From Octopus sinensis (Eukaryota), in the NCBI RefSeq assembly GCF_006345805.1, contig NC_042997.1, positions 6,138,001 to 6,202,000 on the forward strand: DNA of 64,000 nucleotides. The letters are read 5' to 3'. The position numbers were made by a program, and so were the translations under genes. This document shows, in pieces, positions 13,379 to 28,000 of the stretch. Within the stretch, counting starts at the first letter, position 1, and the number at the start of each line of letters is the position of its first letter. The notes beneath the pieces are model-generated. The model was not told the origin of the DNA. It worked only from the letters and a program-made list of their open reading frames with translations, and made no database searches.

Positions 13379-13560
13379 AAGAAGAAGAAGAAGAAGAAGA
13401 AGAAGAAGAAAAAGAAGAAAACAACAACAACAACAACAACAAGAAAAACAAGAAGAAAACGAAGCAGAGGAAGAATAGGAAGAAGTAGAAGAAGATGAGG
13501 AAGAAGGTGGAAGAAGACGATGAGGAAAAAGAGAAGTAAAATGATAATATTAAGAAAATA
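13376..13560. repeat. Compound (GAA)n/(CAA)n purine-rich microsatellite
   Basis: Directly visible. Confidence 0.9.
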
Positions 13561-13683
13561 AAGATAATAAGGATTTGCACATGTATAACCGTCCCATAAG
13601 TTTATGCAGGAATGTGAGTATAACATGTAGCAATGCGCTGTGTGATATTTGTCCAAAGCATGTTATATATATATATATGTATG

Positions 13684-13806
<123 letters not shown>

Positions 13807-13810
13807 TGCA

Positions 13811-14070
13811 AAGATGGAACAAGAACGCAAAACATCCAGAGAGACGATACAAATAAAACAAGGACGGGTCATTCGGAGTTTTCTTTCCTCAATCGAGTTC
13901 CTGATTATCTTTGCAATTTCGGCTGGTTATACTCGAGATTGCTCCAATCTGGCCAGCCCCATGGAAAAACTAAGCTAAGAGCATTAGATCTCTCGAAAGA
14001 AAGCTGCGAATGTATACGAAAAGAAACGGAGAAATGTTGCACAAATACAAATGCAAATGGTAGGACATAG
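13811..14070 (+). mobile_element. Unclassified interspersed repeat, possibly a Penelope-type terminal region
   Basis: acaagaacgcaaaacatcca..gggtcattcgga..tttctttcctca recurs at 14535-14655 and partly, inverted, at 19112-19205. Confidence 0.6.
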
Positions 14071-14461
14071 CAACAGGTGTCTTTCGACTAAGAACAAATT
14101 AAATTAAGCTGGCGTGTGCTGAAGTAAAGCTTTATGGCAGATACATAGGATTAGATAGGCACAAGGCGAAATACAGATGTTACATGAATGTTAGTCGAAC
14201 CAAGAAAGAAAGGACAAGTTTGAACGAACACCGGTCACGTGGGGAAGGAAGAGAGATAGGTAGAGAAAAAGTGACACAAGAATTAAGGAGGGGCGACAAA
14301 AAAATGAAAGGGACACAGTAAAGTGAAACAGGTGGGAAAGTGAGCATGAAGAGAAGGCCAAGAAATTTGAGATAGTGGGAACGATAGAACGAAGTAAGTA
14401 TGAAAGAGCTGATAGAAAGAAAGAAAGAATAGAAAGAATAATAGAGTCGTACAAAATATAG

Positions 14462-14655
14462 ATACATATATACTTATATATAAGAGACCAAAGTGTACGT
14501 ACGCCGCTATAATTTTATATATAAAGAATACAAAAATGGGACAAGAACGCAAAACATCCATACAGTTAGGTGATATAAAAAAGGAACAACAAAATACCCA
14601 GACAGACGATACAAAGACAACAACGTCGGGTCATTCGGATTTTTTCTTTCCTCAT
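14462..14655 (+). mobile_element. Second copy of the same unclassified repeat
   Basis: Shares sequence with 13811-13890; taagagaccaaagtgtacgtacgccgcta is matched in reverse at 19165-19200. Confidence 0.6.
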
Positions 14656-14660
14656 ATGGA

Positions 14661-14900
14661 ACGGGATATGTGACCCAGTGTTTAGAGTGCTGGTTTCACG
14701 ATCAGGAGATCGTAGCTTCAAATTCTGGACCGGATGGTGTGGTGTGTTCTTGACCAAAATATTTCATCTCATACTGCTCTGCGTTCACTGTGGCATCTGA
14801 CATGTGGAACACTTTGCACCTGCTTACGCGACGTCGATTAGATGAAGCGAGTGAGAGAATGTACACCACATGCATTTCATCATTATCAACATATTCTTAT
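14661..14900 (+). mobile_element. Degenerate tRNA-derived SINE
   Basis: Box A-like tgacccagtgtttag and box B-like gcttcaaattc at tRNA spacing, followed by a SINE-type body. Confidence 0.5.
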
Positions 14901-14934
14901 GTAAGGTTTATTCAACGAGAAATTAAAGAGTCAT

Positions 14935-15232
14935 CGTTCTACGCGGCTAGAAACTGTGCATGGTTGATAACTTAAAGTTGCAGATTAGGGAAAAAGAGAA
15001 CACTTATGCTGAGCTATTGATTAATCTTCAGTTACTCTATGCGGATTTCAAGTTCAGATTTACATCTGTAAATACTGGGACCCTGGGTTATGTAACACAC
15101 TGCCTAGATACCAATCGTCAGAAATTAGGCTTTTCAAAACCAGAAAGGAGATAGCTAATTCGAAAACAACACATTCAATCCATCACTGGAACTGTAAAAA
15201 TATGCAACACATACAAGAAGTTTATCATTTAA
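14935..15232 (+). mobile_element. 3' fragment of an RLE-type non-LTR retrotransposon (family B)
   Basis: LKLQIREKENTYAELLINLQLLY..GTLGYVTHCL..KLGF..IQSITGTVKIC..*; an RLE C-terminus homologous to the inverted copy at 35854-36620. Confidence 0.75.
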
Positions 15233-15468
15233 ATATATATGCAACTATATGCATGATAATACATACATAGAACATACAAAACTGCACATACATACATACA
15301 TACATACAAAAATGCCCTGTTATTGATTTTGAAATTCCAATGAATGGGCCTTGGCTCTAGGTTACAAACCAATTCTTTCTCTATTGGTAAGAAATCTTTA
15401 AATAAACTGAATAATGACCAGCATACATACATTCGTATATAGATACATACATTCATACATACATACAC

Positions 15469-15612
15469 CATCGTCATTGTTAAACGTCCGTCTTTCATGC
15501 TTGCATAGGTAGGACGGTCGGCAGAAGCCGGCCAGGTAGAAATATGCCCCAAGCTACTGTGTCTGATTTGGCACGGTTTCTTACGGCTGAACGCCCTTCC
15601 TAAAGCCAACTT
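15469..15612 (-). mobile_element. RTE-type LINE/SINE 3' tail fragment
   Basis: catcgtcattgttaaacgtcc..ttacggctgaacgcccttcctaaagccaac resembles, from recall, the RTE 3' end seen on the antisense strand. Confidence 0.55.
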
Positions 15613-18211
15613 CTCTGCAGAGGAGACTCGGTCGTTTTAACATGGCACTAGCACAGGTGAAGTTAGTTGTGGCAAGATGTTTGCATAAACTATACGAGAC
15701 AAAATTATTCTCCGGTAATTCATAAATTAACTGTTCGTAATGGACTTACTGTAATGGAATGCATATGGACGCGTGAAGGCTGATGAAACCTCCACGAATT
15801 AGTTGCAGGCGCGTATTAAATTAACCACAGCATTGTGATAGACCTGCACCTTTGTAGAACATGACTTCTAAATTTATTTCGATTTGTGTGCCCTGAACAA
15901 TACATTTCCAAAATCTGTTTCTTCCCTACGTAGCTGATCTTGAACCATTCTCGTAAGTATTGCTGGTATAGGAAAACAAGAAAAGTATATATGTATTGCG
16001 AATGGTGATGCAGTATTTTTACCATCTACTGCTTTGCGGAACAGAAAACAGATACGCGCATTGATATATGTGACTGGGTGTGTGTGTGTACAAGTATATT
16101 CACACACACATATATATATACTTACACACACACATACGCATACATACAGATACAATTTTGATGAGTTGGCATTTGATGAGTTACATATACATAAATGACA
16201 GACATATAAATATGGATTACACGCTTTCGTACACTCCTAAATTGAGAGATAAATGTTGGAATCTATTGCTAATTCATTTGAACTATCTTTATATTCAACG
16301 TCAGTTTTATCAATCCCACTGTTCCCATCTGTTATCTCACATTGCTGCATATTGTTTACAGGAACACTAGGATTTTATTTATGGTAATTCTATATTCAGT
16401 TTCCACAATGAAATCATTTCCTCAAATATAAAACTTTTCTTGCTCTTCCTCAAAACATAAAGAAAAAGAAATTAAGCAAAGCGTCATAAATATATATTAT
16501 ACTCATATCTATGGCGTATCATAGCATTTTGGCTTCATAATTTCTCTACCAGTGTAATTTTCTTATTGTTATACATTTTTGTATTTGTTTTTCTCCAACA
16601 CCCACTACCACTTGAAACAGCTCCTCCTACATTTTTTTTTTATTTCACAGTCACGCCTATATTTCTAACTTCAGCACACTTACATTATCGATTTCTCCTT
16701 ATATAGGATCAAGTGTTTATAATTGTTTTTAGGGTGTTGCAGCAATATTCGATGTTTCATATTGGATTCATGCTTAGTCTGCAGTATTTTCGTCATCCTT
16801 TTGGATTGATGAGTTTTGCGGCTGTTCTAGACAGTAAAATTTCTCCCACCGTGTATAAATTGCCTGTAATGTAGCCAACACGCTTATCAAAATTTACTGC
16901 ACAATGATGCGATTCAATTTCATATTTAATTATTATTAAATAGGAATAATAATAAAAAAATATATGGGAATATATTGATTGAAAATGTAACAACTTTTTA
17001 AATAATTTTCTAGAAGGTTTCGCTTGTCATGGCTGTGTGAATACAGTACATGCGGACATGATACATTAGACATACTATTCATATGTTTTTTGCGTATATT
17101 TCAATGCATTTCTTGTCCAGATTCATGCCACTGCATTAATTTTAGTTCAATTATTCAAATTGTTCTAGACTATTAATATCTTCCACTATTTCTTTGCATA
17201 CCCAAGCATGATATCTAAGCGGAGTCAAGGTAGAGCAATTGCTGTACATTTGACGTCTTGAGACCAATACACACGCCAACAGCTGTCTTCTTGTCTCCAG
17301 AAAAAAAAAGTAAAACTGATTCCATTTTACTTAATGGCATATTAATTCTGGAGAATTGCTGATTACTAGATATTATCTTCTCCAACCTTTCAGTCGCATT
17401 CGCCGCTCATTGTTCATCTACTTTCTCTTTATACCGTTGATTATTTTATAAAATTGTATGTGCCTATATTGTACATACGTAATGCAGTGTCTAATAGCTT
17501 TTCTCTAAGTTCGTTTTATACTAATTAGGCAAAAAGCATAAGATTTAAATATTTTCAATTTCTTTTTCTTTATACATGCAACAACGTAAATAATGGTTAG
17601 GTTGAAATAGGTATCCGTTCGTCTTCTGAAAATATATTATTTCTTAAATGGCATTGTAATATTCGTTGATTGCTTGAAATTATGTCACCCCGTTTATAGT
17701 CGATCGTAGCATATATATATTTCCACAAAGCAACTCTAGGTTAATTCAACGAAAAATATATCTTCTTTTATATATAGTATTCATATCTTTGCCTAATGCA
17801 TTTTTGTGCTCTCATCTGAGAGCCTCGTATGTGTATAGGTATTAACGTGTAAATGTAAAACACCATGCATTTACACAAATACAGCAAGAGAACACTGCTA
17901 CAATGACTTCTAATTTGCAAAGCTGGGTTGTGTTAGGTAGTATCTATTAGTGGGAACTAGTGGAATGTTTACAAAAGAGTTTCAAAGGTAATTTCGAAAA
18001 AGAAAGAGCTAGTTACCCTTACATCGCTCATGGTTTACTTATTTCAATAGGTTAATTATTTGGTAGGCGAGAGTAGTTAAAATAGAAAGACAGGGAAACT
18101 AGGTGTGACAGAGAGAGCAAGTGAAGGAGAGGAAGAGAAATTCAGTGTGACCACGATGACATAGACGACAAAAAATTAATACATATGTGTAACACTGCCT
18201 CTGCCTTCTGC

Positions 18212-18262
<51 letters not shown>

Positions 18263-18560
18263 GATCTGCCGAAAAATCCTGAATTTAGATAAATGAGAAT
18301 ACATGAGTATCAGTTAAGTATGATTTTATTCAACATATTCCGCTCTGAATTTCACACACTAACTGCAGCGGCCATTCATCTTTTATAAAATAAGTGTGAA
18401 GTTTGGGCCTCCAAGTAAACCTTTCACGATAATCTTAAAGCCAAGAGGTTTTATGCATGTCTCATTAATATATGTATATAGGTATAAACACAGACGCACA
18501 CACATACACACAGTCGCACACACATACACACAGACGCACACACATACACACACATATATA

Positions 18561-18945
18561 GGCGCAGGAGTGGCAGTGTGGTAAGTAGCTTGCTTACCAA
18601 CCACATGGTTCCGGGTTCAGTCCTACAGCGCGGCATCTTGGGCAAGTGCCTTCTATTATAGCTTAGTGTAGATTTGGTAGATGGAAACTGAAAGAAGCCC
18701 GTCAAACATATATATATGAATATATGTGTGTGTGTGTGTGTGTGTCTATGTAATCGTTTGTGTCTGTTTGTCCCCCCACCATCGCTTGACAACCGATGCT
18801 GGTGTGTTTACGTCCCGTAACTTAGCGGTTCCGCGAAAGTGACCAATAGAATAAGTAAGGCTTAGAAAGAATAAGTCCTGTTCGATTAAAAACGGTGCTC
18901 CCGTGGTGCGCAGTTAAATGACTGAAACAAGTAAAAGAATAAAAG
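18561..18945 (+). mobile_element. tRNA-derived SINE, family 1 (near full length)
   Basis: ggcgcaggagtggcagtgtggtaag (box A), ccgggttcagtcc (box B), internal (TA)(TG) repeat, tail atgactgaaacaagtaaaagaataaaag. Confidence 0.9.
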
Positions 18946-20256
18946 GAAAAAAGAGAGAAAAATATATATATATGTATGTGTTTGTGTGTGTGTATACAAA
19001 CTGAGAAACGAAGTTGTACATTATAAATGGATGTATTCAAATGTTCGGGAATAGTATTAAGAAGGCTTTCTGAGGACTTTGTAATAGTTGATAGGAACTA
19101 ATTGAATTTCGACGTCTGGATGTTTTGCGTTCTTGTCCAAGTTTTATATTTTTATATATAAAAATATAGCGGCGTACGTACATCTTGGTCTCTTATATGT
19201 AAGTAAATATTTATCTAAATTGTTGATGTTACAGATATGTGCCACTTGTACAGAATACCAAAGTAAACTATACGTATAACCACCAAAACTATAAAAAGCT
19301 ATTCTTAGGTTTTCCAAACTATCGAAGAGCTTAACAGAGAATCGGAGATGAAAAAGAATAGACAGCAAGAGATACAACACCAGTGCTGCCCCTCATTACA
19401 AGTTACAGATGAGGTCTTACAGATAAATTAATGCAAATTATGTGTATGTTACTCTCGCCAAATCTCAAATGGAACACACAAATACACAAACGCACACACA
19501 CATACACACATACGCACACACACCCTCAATCGCAAAAAACATAAACACACACTCACGAGCAGAGACATATATACGTACGTACGTACACAAACAAAATGAC
19601 TCCCGAAAACATGCACATAACAATGTGTGCATATGTATATATGTATATGTATATATACGTATATCTTCTTGAGTGTACGTCTTCGCACATATATGAGCGT
19701 GTTTCGGAGAGTACCTTTGATTAAGAGTGTACATGTTCATCTTTGCGCATACGTCTGTGAATACTTGTATACATGTAGATACCACCTATTAAAGTTACTA
19801 TATTAAAGGTATTAACACCTATTTATTTTCAAGACTGCAATCCCAATGCCGTGGTTGATGCACAAACATGCAATCCATTCATAATCACATTATTCTGTAA
19901 ATATACTTTCCGAAATTAGCGTCTTCAAATCTATCTCTTGCTATCCTAATTAGGCCTATATCATCTGTCTACTCTCTATTTGAATATTTTTTGTTAGATT
20001 ATTTACGTAGGTAACTTAGCAATATATCTTTCTAATGACTCAGAATTTCGTACAGGATCTTATGCCTGTGAGCGCATATGTATGCGTTGTGCATGTGTGA
20101 GTGTGTGTGTGTGTGTATGTGTGTGTGTGTTTATGTGTGTTTGTATGATTTAAACAACTATATTTGGGGGATATACAAATAAAAGCTGAAATTCTCATCT
20201 TAAATTTACGGGATATGTTTAACCGAAACTTAAAACAATATTCGTTTCAGTAATAT

Positions 20257-20453
20257 AAGGCGTCAAACAGGAAGAAACGTTAATTCGAGCGAAATCCTTA
20301 GCGATATTTCGTCTGTCTTTACGGTCTGAGTTCAAATTCTGCTTTTCATCCTTTCGTAGACGATAAATCAAATACCAGTTGCGTACTGAGATCGATCTAT
20401 TCGATCGACCCCTCCCCCAAAATGTCGGGTCTTGTGCCTAGAGTAGAAAATAT
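20257..20453 (+). mobile_element. tRNA-derived SINE, family 2
   Basis: tttcgtctgtctttacggtctgagttcaaattc..cttgtgcctagagtagaaaa; homologous to 21471, 34302, 60083 and 60354. Confidence 0.85.
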
Positions 20454-21470
20454 TATCATGGTATGTTATTAAGTTTAAATACATGCAGGCATCCTACATA
20501 CATGCTTATATATACATATATATATATCACCGTGACCGACCAGGCGATCAGATGTTACTACACATCGCTGGTCACACTGCGCTTCGCATTGTTTTAGCCT
20601 TCAAATGATGCCACCTCGCTGGCTAAGCGAGCAGGGCAATATATATATATATACATACATACACGTGTTTGTGTGTGTGTGTGTATGTGTGTGTGTTTTC
20701 TTTATGTATAAGAAGTGTGAGAGCAACAAAAGCCAATTTGTTGGATGCATTTTCTTGATGAATCGTGTGCAAAAAGTGTAGCCAGGGTACGTTGTTTTAT
20801 GTTTTCTCTCAACACTTGTAAAAACATGTATATATGGGCAACTGAATATATGTTCAACTGTTCACATGTCCCACGAATTAAATTCTACTCACAAATACAT
20901 ATATACCTCACAAATCAAATACGTACACACATACACAAACATTTATATATATATACACATATGCACATATATAAATATATATATACATACTTTGGAAAAA
21001 CAGACACATTATATATGTTTTTATAAAGGTTGTAGACAAAATAACTTACAAGTGGTCATAATATTATTTTTATTATTATTTCCCATAGGCCATCCATGTG
21101 TCACACGTTGCAAGAGTGACTATGTATCTTTAGTATCATTTTCTATACATCTGCATTTAAATCATATAGCAAATAATGTGCCTCAAGAGGAAGCAATTCG
21201 CAGTCGTTTAATTCTAAACGAAGTAGAGTTGCTTGTTGCCCAGCGTCCTCAATGCTATAAATCGCTTACGAACAGAATAGACAGATGGAATGTTTAAAGA
21301 GTGCATAATTTATGAATGCAGACCTACAATGTAATGGGAGACCAACGTCTGTGAACACTGACACGAGGAGACCTTAGCAAAGGCTGAACCTGGTGGGCGT
21401 GGACAATGAATCAGCATCCAGGGGCCTTCTGCATGACGGGAATGTAGTCATAAAGCATCACAAATCATTG

Positions 21471-21558
21471 GGGAATTTGAACTCAGAACGTAAAGACAGA
21501 CGAAGTACCGCTAAGCATTTCGCCCGGCGTGCTAACGTTTCTGCCAGCTCGCCGCCTT
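21471..21558 (-). mobile_element. SINE family 2, 5' head fragment
   Basis: Reverse complement reads aaggcggcgagctggcagaaacgttagcacgccgggcgaaatgcttagcgg..ttctgagttcaaattcc. Confidence 0.85.
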
Positions 21559-23844
21559 ATATCTGATTTATACTATAACAGATTTCGGCATCGTGATGAT
21601 GCATGATATAATAAATTTTGAAACCGTTTGGTAAAAAGACCATATTTTCAGCATTTATTTAACTAATCGTAATCTGGCATTTATGTACAAATATAATCTT
21701 TGCAAATATTCTCATCGAAGACAACGCTTTCTGTATATAGGTGTGTAAAGTTTGCCCTATTTCCGAAAAGAAAAGTGTTATTAGTAAAATTTGAAACTAA
21801 ATTTCTATTTCATTGTTATTATTTTGTCCTCAAAGCATATTGTTTGAGTTCAAAGTCATCGTGGGTTCTCAATGGGTTCTTTTACTTCATTATATTTGAT
21901 AACGTACTTAGATTACTAACTCGTCGATTAGTTTTTATGGTGTTCATTTGACGCTTTGAAAACGTAGTTTCAAATGAATCGGAGGTTGTGTGTACGTGTC
22001 ATTTCAACCTGGATTGACTTCCTGAGTAACCTGTAACTTAAACATCAACACATATGCTATGTGGATTACGTTAGACTAACAGATCAAGCACGCTGTTTTG
22101 TCTTCGATAAATGAACCGTGTTATGTTCTTGTTATAGCTTTTTTTCTTTTAACATGTCTATATTCTTGCTTGTATCCTAAACTTTTATTCAAGGAAAATC
22201 GAAACTTTCCGCGTTTTCTTTTCAGTTTTCAGCATTTGTTTGCTGAATATCTTTCATTACTGTGTCCAAAGATAAAGGCCATAAATGTCTCTAACAGTGC
22301 AAAGGATACGGGAAATCAGTATTTATGATAGTATTTGTTATTTAATTCATTTTTAACCCCAGCGCATTCAAGTACACTATTCAAAATTTCTACTCACATT
22401 TCTCCTATATGCCAATTACTCTTATGATATATTTGACAGTTCTTAATTAAACTCTGAGACATCTATTGTGAACAATAAACAACTATACTGATTTATGATG
22501 TTCTCTTCAACTTTTCCAGTTAACGTTATTTTCTGGTTTGTTTCCAAGAAAAGTAAAGACAGACCGTTTCGATTCCCAGTTAATACCATCTTAATTTCTT
22601 TTAATGAACACTTACACTTGGGTGAAATATGTATAATTTACCCCAGAACAATTTCCACCCACTTACCGGCAAAAGGAAGCAAATTTTCCCCTTTGCAAAC
22701 AGGGATCACTACGCTCTTTAAAAGAAAAAAAAACATTATCATACCAATAATGTCAAACATATGTGGTTACATTCGGTAGACTCTAATCACCTAGCATTCT
22801 TCACTCACAAAGGTATTATCCTTTGAATACAACTGAAATTTCCAGTTGAAAGTTTATTTGTTATATGGTATTGAAACTGGTAAGAAAATGGAATCCAATA
22901 TTTTCTAGATTCGATCCATTTGAAATAAAGTTAAAAAAGGTTATCAATCTTCAAAGGAAAAGCGTCTCGGAATCTCTTATGTATACAACTTATATTTAAA
23001 AATATATTTAAAAATGTAATGCAGAAAACAGACAATATAATCTTTCTTCAAGCACACTCAATGGGAAATGATTTATGCTGTAATTGCTGAGATAAGAAAA
23101 AAAAACCATGAACACAAAAGGATCTCTCACACAAACATCTGACTTTTAAATGTTTTGTTTTGCCCTGTGGATGATTAAAATTCAGATTCGGAGACAACAT
23201 TTTACATTGTAGCAGCTTCCACACTGAAAAGTTTGTAGTAATATAGACCGTAATGACCCACCACAACCGACAGAAAAGAAAAAGAGAAGGAAAAACAGAA
23301 AAATACAAAAAATTCAACATGTAGATATTTTCCCAATACTCTAATTTGAAACTCACAAGGCACACGCAGACACAAACACATGTAATATTTAATTACATAC
23401 GTTTGAGAACGTCCATGTATCTGTGATGTGAGAAGTCTGATAAACATGGACCTAATGAATGGAACCGTATTGCACATAACATTTCTTTGTTTGGAGAGTT
23501 GGTAACTAAACTTGCAATCCTACAAAACATTTTAAGAAAACAGCGAATGTCATTAATCCGACTGGTTAGAAGGCCATGTATTTCAATATCTCGGCGTTTT
23601 GGCTAAGATCAAAGTTTATATATATATATATAATTGGAAAAGAAGTCACATGAATTGCAGTTATTTGAAAACTGGAAAAGGAAAATATATTCCGTGCAAG
23701 CAATGTTTGCGTGAATATTCCCCAACGGCTTGTTGAAACAAATCTCAACATTGAAATAATGATACTATAAAAGGAGCCAATCTTCAATTTTCATAAAACA
23801 CATACACACATGTGTATATTATTACCATGTTAATTAAGGTGGGG

Positions 23845-24030
23845 GAATGGCAAAATCGTTTGCACCGGAGGCAAAAAGGTTAGCGGTGTTTCGTTCAAAT
23901 CCCGAGGAGTTAGGCGTTGCATTTTAATATTTCGGGTTCTAGATACAATTTGAGCACAATTTGAAGGTCGATGTAATCGAATTACCTCCTTTTCCGCAAT
24001 TGCTGGCCTTATGCAAAAGCTGAAACCACT
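23845..24030 (+). mobile_element. Highly diverged SINE family 2 copy
   Basis: tggcaaaatcgtttgcacc..ttagcggtgtttcgttcaaatccc..ggtcgatgtaatcga; patchy similarity to 34302. Confidence 0.5.
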
Positions 24031-24994
24031 CTTTCTATAATAATTGTATTAAATAGTCTCATTCATACGAAGATTTCTACTGCCGTTAGGTGTTTATATG
24101 TGAAGTGCTCGATTGATATTAACCAGAATTCGGTTGAAATTTAGAGAACATTAAATAAAGAAGTGTGTCATATAGGATACTTCTTTCTTGAGAATATATT
24201 CTACGATTATTATGTATTATTTATACTTAAATAATTTATGAAGAAATTGATAAATAAGAAAACTAATATGATTTGGCATATATATCGTATCAATTTTGTT
24301 CTAGAGGTATTTAAATACCGTGAGACTAAGGGAGTGAATTATAGTTAATTAGACAAAACGATAGTGATATCAAGTAATTAGTATCTCGATACAAGCAGAG
24401 CCAAGATAGATTTATGCATTTACAAAAGAAGAGCTTAAAGAGGCGGTGAAGTGTGAGAAAAACAATATATTTCTTTCGATAACCAAGTGATTAGAACAAT
24501 TCTTATCAAGGCTAATCAACGAAATTGAATTCACACCGACACACACACGCACTCGTAGACACAAACACGCAAACTATCACACTCAAACTCGCACACTTTG
24601 ACATAGGCAGACCCACAAAGGCAGACATATAACACAAATGTATGCACACAAAAATTCGGAGTTATAACACACACGTGCATCCTCTCTCACACGTATATAA
24701 ATATATATATATTTATATATATATATACTTATATAAGACACGGTGATAGTCAGGAGGAGGTTAGAGACATATGGAGAGGTAACTCATTGTTCTTCTGGTT
24801 TGTTTCTTAATTACGTGAACTATTATGCGAATATACACAATATCTAAACATATATATACATAAAAAATATATATGTATATTTGTATATATATTTGTGTAT
24901 GTGTGAGTCTGTCTGTACATATATACATATGTATATACACATATCTATCTCTCTACCTATCTATCTATCTATCTATATGTATACACACACGCGC

Positions 24995-25088
<94 letters not shown>

Positions 25089-28000
25089 TTTCTATTATGT
25101 GAAACTGTCGTATGTCTAAATCTCGCCAAGTGAGAGTTTTTTCAATATTTATTTTTGTTGGCAATTGCCGGCTCATTTTGTCAAAATATCGTATCTCGAG
25201 CTGCTTCAGATATCAAAAAAGTCTCAAAGTGTAGTAGAATGGTTTTGCTATATTTTTCGTTTTCTTAAAAAAGCAACGTTTTGGACTTACTACCCTTTTG
25301 CACGAGAAGACAAATAGAGAATGAAAAAATAACATGTTGATTTCAATGGTCCAACATGGCGAACGTATATTTTTATCTATTTAACAGTTACATTTATGTA
25401 AGTATACATTTGTGTGTGTGTGTGTGCGCACGTGTGTGTGCGCACGTGTTTGCCTATATCACAACATATCCATGTGTTAGTGTTTGATATTTTCTAGTTG
25501 TACACACACTCATGTAACGAGTTTTATTCCTCCTCTTTTGCTATTTCAATTTTATATATACATGTAATCACGTATATGTATATGGATTCATCTATACAAG
25601 TATAAATACATCAATGCATATACGAGCACAGTCATAATATTTCTACATGAAATATAATTTATATTGCATAGGTTTTATATAGATTTCATGGCAAAATGTC
25701 GAAAGCAACGGACAAGATTTAGCTAAGTGAGAATAGATGTCAATTTTAAAGGCATAATTTATCGAACAAACAAATGGTATGTTGTACAAAACCAAGGGTA
25801 CCTTGAATTTTTGGTACCTTAATTAGTCATATGTGCTGCTAAGCAGACAATAGCACAGAAGTTATTAGAGGGTCATCCAGAAATTAGAAAGTTAGTTCGG
25901 TCTGGCCCCATCAGCGTATAGGTAGTCAAGATTGAAACGCTTGCAGAGGGAATTCCAGTCTGAAGGCCTGCAGATCTCCCAAGAATTTTCACAATACCTA
26001 CCTTTCTATATGGCTAGGCAACTACTTAGTTTTATATCTAAATATATAAGTGTGTATTTGTGTGTGTAAGAGAGAAGGCGTGAGAAAGAGAGTGAGTGTG
26101 TGTTTAGGCACGTGTGCCTGTGTACACACGTATATAGATAGGATGTTTTGTGACGTTGGTTATGTATATCAACAACATGTCAGTCGAGAAAAGCTCAAAT
26201 ATCATTAGGCATGCCACATATAAAGAAAGTTCGTCACAGCGTGTTTCCACTACTAAGCTCTGGAGAGAATACTAGATTATGGTATTCATTTGTTTTGTTT
26301 CCATATATCTGCTGCCCTCAACTCTTTAGACACTCGAGCGCATTTCCTCCAGGAAATCAAATAAGGAACCTGATTTACGCTAGGTTTGTTTTAATGTATT
26401 ACATATTATGTGAATCAAAATATATTTATAGAACTCTAGAATTAATCATCGGCGCTTTTCTCATAATTATCTACATAATAATTATACTTTTCTGGTATAT
26501 TTGCTGATTCTATGTTAGAATATAATAATTGCTAATACGCTTGCTAATCGGTTATTGTTCAGTCGGGAATTATTATTAACTGTAGTCCAACATTTACTTA
26601 TGGAATTTATAATCTTTAGTTAATGCTCTTACGCATATATTGACATCTTCTGCACAATGTTTACACAGAATACAAGCTAAGACCATTGTTCATACTGAAA
26701 CAGCGTCTGGATTTATACGGCTTTTGTCATAATTACATATTATTGTAATATTTGTATCGATGCAAGTTGTACAACACCATCATCGGAAAGAAAAGTCGCA
26801 GTTAAGCAAAACTGAAAGTTGTCGTTTTTGCGTTGGCTATATTTCTCCTTATTAGAGCTCTTTAGAAAAGAATCGTCTAACAAGTGAAGTGAAATACAAG
26901 AATAACTTTTATTAATCGGAAGATTACAGCAGACAAAATCTAATATAGTATTGAAATTTCAATGTAGCAGTTATTGTAAAGGAGCTCAATAACTGTGGAA
27001 TAAGAGATATATATTTAAAAATCCCGAGATACCAGTTAAAATGGTAATGCAATTTCTCTCTAGTAACGACGATTTCAAACCGGTGAAAAGTATAGCATTT
27101 CCCTGATATTATTCTCTTAATACTATTTTATTTTATTTTCAGCTAGTCACAAGTGAATAATACTGAATTTGTAAAACCAGTGATAGGTAATATGCCGCTA
27201 GATTCGTTACCAAACTTGTAGGTACAGCATGGTTTACACTCACAGCCCGGTAGCAGTTGTTTCAATTAATACATATAAATTTTCATATTTTTTTGTTTTA
27301 TCGCTAAGTATTTCGCATGTGGCCTTATCATTCCTAAAATGGCTAGTTGTTCTCTTTACTGTATTGAAAGATTTGCATAGAGCGAAACAGCGAGATCTAA
27401 AGTAGAATATATTAGTCAGTTATGATTTTCTCCACTCCTTTTAATGCTATCCTTATCAGTTAACGCAACTACTTCTAAAATACATAATAAATTTCAACAT
27501 TTTTTAAAACATAATTATTCATAATATTTAATTATAAGAACACAACGGAAGTTTTCTATGGAGGTTTAGGAGAGTATAGTAAAGATCAAAGGTGCCCAAT
27601 GGCAAAATATGCCTGAGAATCACTGAATTACGTGATAAATTATCGAATTTTTTTTATTAGTGTGGATTTCAATAGTAACTTATAGGGCCTTACAATACAT
27701 ATATATTTGCTCATGTATGAACAAGCTCAGCATTATGATGTTGGTCAAGAACCCATACCATTTGGAGTACGACTATTTCTACTATCAATACCCACTCTAC
27801 TGGTCCGATATTTCATTTTAAACTATCAGTATATAAGCATTTATTATGAATGCTGAACTTAATGTAAGTAAAGTCGGCCGAAGCATGTCATATGACGTAT
27901 CTTCATATTCTGGTAAATCTTTACCGTAATTTCAAGATATAAAACTATCTTGTAGCAACAGACATCAGACAATATAACATTTGTTCATACGTGTACATAC

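Noticed and set aside
16362-16383. 22-nt candidate micro-exon (tttacag|..|gtaatt)
   Set aside because: Such short AG..GT matches arise by chance in AT-rich DNA.
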